Positions 59,717-64,000 of a DNA stretch of 64,000 nt are shown here, piece after piece. The notes below the pieces were generated by a model. That model worked only from the letters and a program-made list of their open reading frames with translations, had not been told where the DNA came from and searched no databases. The translations under genes and the position numbers were made by a program. Origin of the DNA: Amoebophrya sp. A120 (lineage: Eukaryota; Protista; Dinoflagellata); NCBI GenBank assembly GCA_905178155.1, contig CAJINV010000003.1, positions 4,561,863-4,625,862 of the forward strand. Direction: 5' to 3'. How positions within the stretch are numbered: the stretch's first letter is position 1; each line of letters opens with the position of its first letter.

Positions 59717-61301
59717 ATGTTGGAGCTGGAGGAGTTCTCGTTTCGGGACCTGGCCTCCGTGTTGTTTCCCGACTGGCTGAGCTCCACGGACGAGGTGATT
59801 GGTATCATCGCCGAGGCGCAGAGGACCGGGCACCTGGCAACGGAGCGCGCCGACGTGAAGGAGGTCGCGTTCACGATGAACAAAGTGAGTGCCACCGGTT
59901 CGTCCTACACTACGCGCTACCTCTGCGGGGCGGATTTACCCGTCTTGGCGGAGTTGGAGAGCGGCGTTTGCTACGCTTCCGCGCGGGGCGAGCTCGGACT
60001 GGTTGTCAACTACTCGATGAGTCGGACGAAGTGGTTTCCCAGCCTCGGGCTCCCGGAATACGAAGTGTGGTTCTACGATGCCGTTTTGATCCTGGTCGGG
60101 CTTCTCTGCTCCCTGTGCCTTTGGTTCAACGTCAAGGCGTTTTTGTCGCTGTTCGCGGCCGCCCGCGGGGCCAAGCCGGTCCAGTTGGTCGTCGAAGACG
60201 AGGTGACTTTGGTGGACGCGAAGCAGTATCAGCAGGTCGCTCCGGTGCTCGATGTCACGGCCACGACCACGCTGCTTGATGATGAGGTCGACCTGGAGGA
60301 CTCGGCGGTGGAAGGTACTCAATATTTATGGACTCGTTTGATAGGACATCACTGCTACACTTTGCAGAATATTAAGCAGTAGCTTATGGACACGACATCG
60401 ATGTTGAAATGATGTATGATGTGCTCTTTGTACTGTAGCTCCTTGTTGGACTTGTAAAAAATCTACATGATCTACAATCGCAGATAAATCGGTTTCGGTG
60501 GAGCCCGTTTCGGTGGTTGAGAAGGAAGAAGAGAAGGTACCAACGCCCGTGACCGAGGCTTCCGGAAGCGAGGACCGCCTCCAGGATAGCAAATGCAAAA
60601 ATGTCTGGGTCTGGAAGAATTCATGATTGTCATGCTTGTCTGGCATGACTCTTAAATCTGTCATGCACGTTACCCAAGAGCTCCGTTTTTCTGTGATGCA
60701 GAAGCGCAGTTTGCCATGCAGAATAGGCAACACCTAGGAGCTCAGAAACTTGTCATGCTGAGCCAGCATTTGTAGCCTCGTCATGAGACGCCACCCAGCA
60801 TCACAAGTTTCCAGACCCAGACATTTTTACAGTTGATACAGGATGCTGTCCCGCAAGAGGCCGCGGCGGTTCCGGAGAGAACGACGGCCATCCCGGAAGG
60901 TTAGAAAGATGTTTTGATTTAATATCTGTGAAGTTGTTGAGCGCCGGGTGCGCGTATGGCGGATTTTATGTCTGCGTTCCTCTGTCTGTTTCTAGCCGTG
61001 CACCTTTCGAAAGCAGAGGCAAGGTAGTTGGTTCCATACGCTAGTGGCTGTACAAGTACAGATGGTCGAAAATAATAATCAATGCAACCAAGGTTCTTAC
61101 GAAGAGACTACGCCCGCACCGGCTGTGGACGACGGTGGCGCTAGTTCTTCGTCGGACATGATCTCCCCCGCTATGACCCAGACGACGGCGGGTGCCTCCA
61201 AAATCTCCAAGGGAACCCGTACCTTGAAGCGTCGCTTGTCTTCGTGCTGCGGGGTTTCGAAGGTGCAGGAGGAAGCCACGTACACCCTGGACTCCGCTTA
61301 A
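59717..61301 (+). CDS. Hypothetical single-pass membrane protein, multi-exon, with one introner
   Basis: ATG 59717. TM-like AVLILVGLLCSLCLWFNV. GT-AG intron from ~60314. EDRLQ|DAVPQE is joined on removing 60587-60843. Last exon ends in TAA at 61301. Confidence 0.65.
60587..60838. mobile_element. MITE-like introner, family A1 (252 bp), TSD CAGGA
   Basis: TIRs tagcaaatgcaaaaatgtctgggtctggaa ... ttccagacccagacatttttacagttgata. CAGGA at 60582-60586 and 60839-60843. Same length and orientation as the 14578 copy. Confidence 0.93.
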
Positions 61302-63264
61302 ATTGTCATTTTTTACAATGCAATGAACAGAGTTTTAAACAAGTTCTGTCCTGAGGTTCACGCTTCTTTGATTTGAATGATCGATTGTCCAAGTAAGTAG
61401 AAATTGTCTTGCTCCGGTGCTATCCAAGCTACAGTATAGGATTTGCTGACGAATTTATGTGCTTTAAACACCTGTGTGCTCCGGTCTGACGTGCTTTTTT
61501 GCGAAAGAGATTTTTGTGAAAACAACTTCGACTTCCGAACAAAACAAAATATTTCTGTGTACAATGCTCATGCGTGAGCACTAAAGCTTTATTGCAACTA
61601 CAAGACATCTCGATGTCAGAAAACTTAACGATTGTAGGGAATGAGATCTCCAGAATGTATAGGATTTTTTTGGTCGTCCTGCTCTAAGTTGGCCGTCCTT
61701 ATCTCGTATATAAGTACCAACTTTCTCTGGCACAATTGTATTATCCATTGTAGAAAATGCACGTGTACCTGTTTCACTGTAGATACCTAAACCACCAATC
61801 TCGCCGCTTGACGAAGCGCCGGCTCGCCCGCAACAATCTTCCACCACTTTTGACTATGCGACCACGACATGGTTGATGACTATTTGGGGTAATTATGCCA
61901 GCAAAGCTTCACAGATGGCACGTAAGTACACTAGCGAGCCGACTTGTGCTCTGCAATGGCAGTCGATGTGGTCGAAGCAAATCCAAATCCTGCAGCCAAC
62001 TCCGGTAATTCAAAGCCACAGAGACTAGCAGAAAGTGGTTAGTTGCTTTTTTGGAAAAATGTAAACCATCTTGACGACGACCGTGATGGAACGAGCTGCC
62101 TCGCCCCAGCAAGATCATCGACTTATAGTCTCCCCTTGTTGTTCTGTGTCTTGATTTCAAAGACGCTGCTGTCCACGATTCTAGTTCTTGCTGCTCGTCT
62201 AAAACAAAAAGACTACTGCAGCGCACAGAGGCTTTTGGCAAGCTAGTCTCAAGATCATCTTTCCTTTTTCTACAAAGATCGCTTTCGTTTGTTTTTGAGC
62301 CACCGCGCCGGCACTCCAAAGCTCGGCACTGCGACTGGCGATAAGTAGCGCGAGCTATTTCTCCATTTTTCTGGATCTTTTCTCTTTCCAAAGTGAACAT
62401 CTCGCTTTGAGACCAAACATACGGATAGTAGCATTTTCCTGGTACTTTGCTTAGTGCAGGCGGCAGATTAGTAGCAACATATGTCGACTTTCACTGCGTC
62501 ATCATCACTAGCCATAGTGCCAAGAGCCGCAGACGCAAAAGGCAGAGGAGAGAGAGAGCACGCGCTCGACCCTATTCAAAAAAAAAAGAAAAGATCGCAA
62601 AAGAAAGTAAAGAAAACCCCAAAAGCGACACAGATTGGGAGCCGAGTCTCCGGGGTCATAGAAACAAAAAAAAAAGAAATCGACAAAGAGAGGAGACGAA
62701 GCTGCAGGTGGTTGGACGACCTGGACATAACTTCGGTTCCCCAGGAAGTTCAGCGGCGTCTAGGTTACCGGGCTACGACATTTTGTTGTAGCTTGTCTGG
62801 TTCTCCGGAACCTAAGGTCTTGCGTTTCTGCCTGACTTCGAAAGATCTCACGCTGAGATACTTCCCGAAGGTTAGTCGGGGGCTGAACAGGCAGCAAGCC
62901 GCTGACCTGTTCTGTACGCCATTGCTGATGAGGTGGTTGCTTTGGCTGACTCCAATTGCGAGGCCGGTCACCGCTAAATCGGGTGGTGCCTCGCCTTGCA
63001 AGATGTTTTAGAGTTTCGCTCTGAAACAGACATTTACTCGCAGAAAACTCGACAGTGCCCAGACAGTTTCTCGCCCACCTAGAGGCGAACACACATGTTG
63101 ATTTCAAAGACGCAGTCGTCCGCGAAAAAAAGTTTGGTTCCTCTACAGTGTACATCACTCGTAATTGCCGAGTCTAAACAAACGATGCTATCAGTATGCA
63201 TGCTTCGAGGTCAGTTCCTTGTGGATAAAGTCAAAAAGAAAACGCGGAGGAGTGGCGTAAAAAT

Positions 63265-63747
63265 ATGGGTGCCGAAGATTTTGATTTCGCGTTGCACGTT
63301 TGCGAGTCGATTGCGTTTACCTTGCACGGTGCGCTCCGCTTGAGTGAACCGTGCACTGGGATCTTTGGAAAATTCATCGCCAAGGATTCGGTGCCCTACC
63401 CGAATATCTTTTTCCCGATTGTTGGGTTAATCTCTCTTGTTGTGTCAGTGGTAAACATCGTGTGCAGTGGCAGCGACACGATCATCCTCGCCGTTCAGGC
63501 GTACGTTGTCGCATGGCACTCTGCGGCAGCGTTCACGCATATCAGAATAGGCGATCCGATTTTTGTCACCGGAGTGCCCGGTGTCTTCGTCGTGATGGCG
63601 TTCACGATAAGCGGTTTGCGTGCAGGCTGGGTGTCAGCGTGTGCCGGAACGGTCTTGTTCGGAGGCATCGGAGTCGTGTCTGCCAGTGCTGTTGTCAAGC
63701 GACCAACCGTGGCGCTGCACGATGCTCTTCTTCCTCGAGAGGATTGA
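63265..63747 (+). CDS. Small multi-pass membrane protein (160 aa)
   Basis: ATG 63265, about four hydrophobic segments, single exon. Confidence 0.6.
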   Translation: MGAEDFDFALHVCESIAFTLHGALRLSEPCTGIFGKFIAKDSVPYPNIFFPIVGLISLVVSVVNIVCSGSDTIILAVQAYVVAWHSAAAFTHIRIGDPIFVTGVPGVFVVMAFTISGLRAGWVSACAGTVLFGGIGVVSASAVVKRPTVALHDALLPRED

Positions 63748-64000
63748 AGATGCTGGAGAGGCATTGCAACGCGAAAGTTTCGGCTTTTCAGCGTCACGTA
63801 TTTGTATGCATACTTTCAATGGCCCCTATATGTCTGCGTGCTTCTTCTATTCAGAACATGATGAAATTTCCGACTTCTCAATGTTTACACTTTGTGTATG
63901 ATAATGATCGCAATCGCACCCTTCAACCACTCTACGCAGCCGCGTGGAAATGCCTGCTCTCATCGATGTGTTCTGGCTGTTGGTCCTCAGCATTGTTATG

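Noticed and set aside
14500-60733. Recurring peptides such as FQTQTFL, KCLGLE and WVTCMTDLRV in several ORFs, suggesting a protein family or transposase
   Set aside because: They are translations of the non-coding family-A element. The elements are under 330 bp and I saw no transposase ORF in the window.
7849-61301. Interpreting element-interrupted genes as pseudogenes
   Set aside because: The flanking exons show no other lesions, conserved motifs are intact, and essential genes such as SF3B2 are among them.
2847-61788. Shared 15-mer ctgtttcactgtaga near 2847 and 61769
   Set aside because: A single 15-bp match is expected by chance in 64 kb, and the flanks do not align.
62447-63011. Overlapping ORFs 62447-62791 and 62481-63011 as a gene
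   Set aside because: They are driven by A-runs and low complexity, with no motif or clear exon structure. A gene here cannot be excluded, but I cannot support one.

Overview
This is a eukaryotic, intron-containing, gene-dense window. All ~18 supportable genes lie on the + strand. The unidirectional layout, AG|G acceptors, a DVNP-like domain and TIR-bounded non-canonical introns point to a dinoflagellate-lineage genome, most likely the syndinian parasite Amoebophrya (inference). Recognisable genes are PF20/SPAG16, a CDP-alcohol-type phosphatidylserine synthase, SF3B2, a stand-alone Dicer/RIG-I-type helicase, a TTLL10-like ligase, an RNA methyltransferase-like protein, an ankyrin protein and a RING/CCCH zinc-finger protein. 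The main signal is ten 171-321 bp MITE-like elements from four different TIR families. All have TATC-like...GATA-like ends and 5-bp target-site duplications (TSDs), all sit in coding sequence, and they occur in both orientations. Removing each element plus one TSD copy gives a continuous reading frame, including across conserved motifs, but no GT-AG pair is available, so they look like transposon-derived non-canonical introns (introners). The four families share an internal repeated motif, YTGTNATGC. Also notable are a ~920-aa protein with an embedded DVNP-like domain and a secreted protein with a HopX/AvrPphE-like Cys-His-Asp triad. Gene models and coordinates were read by eye and have no transcript support.
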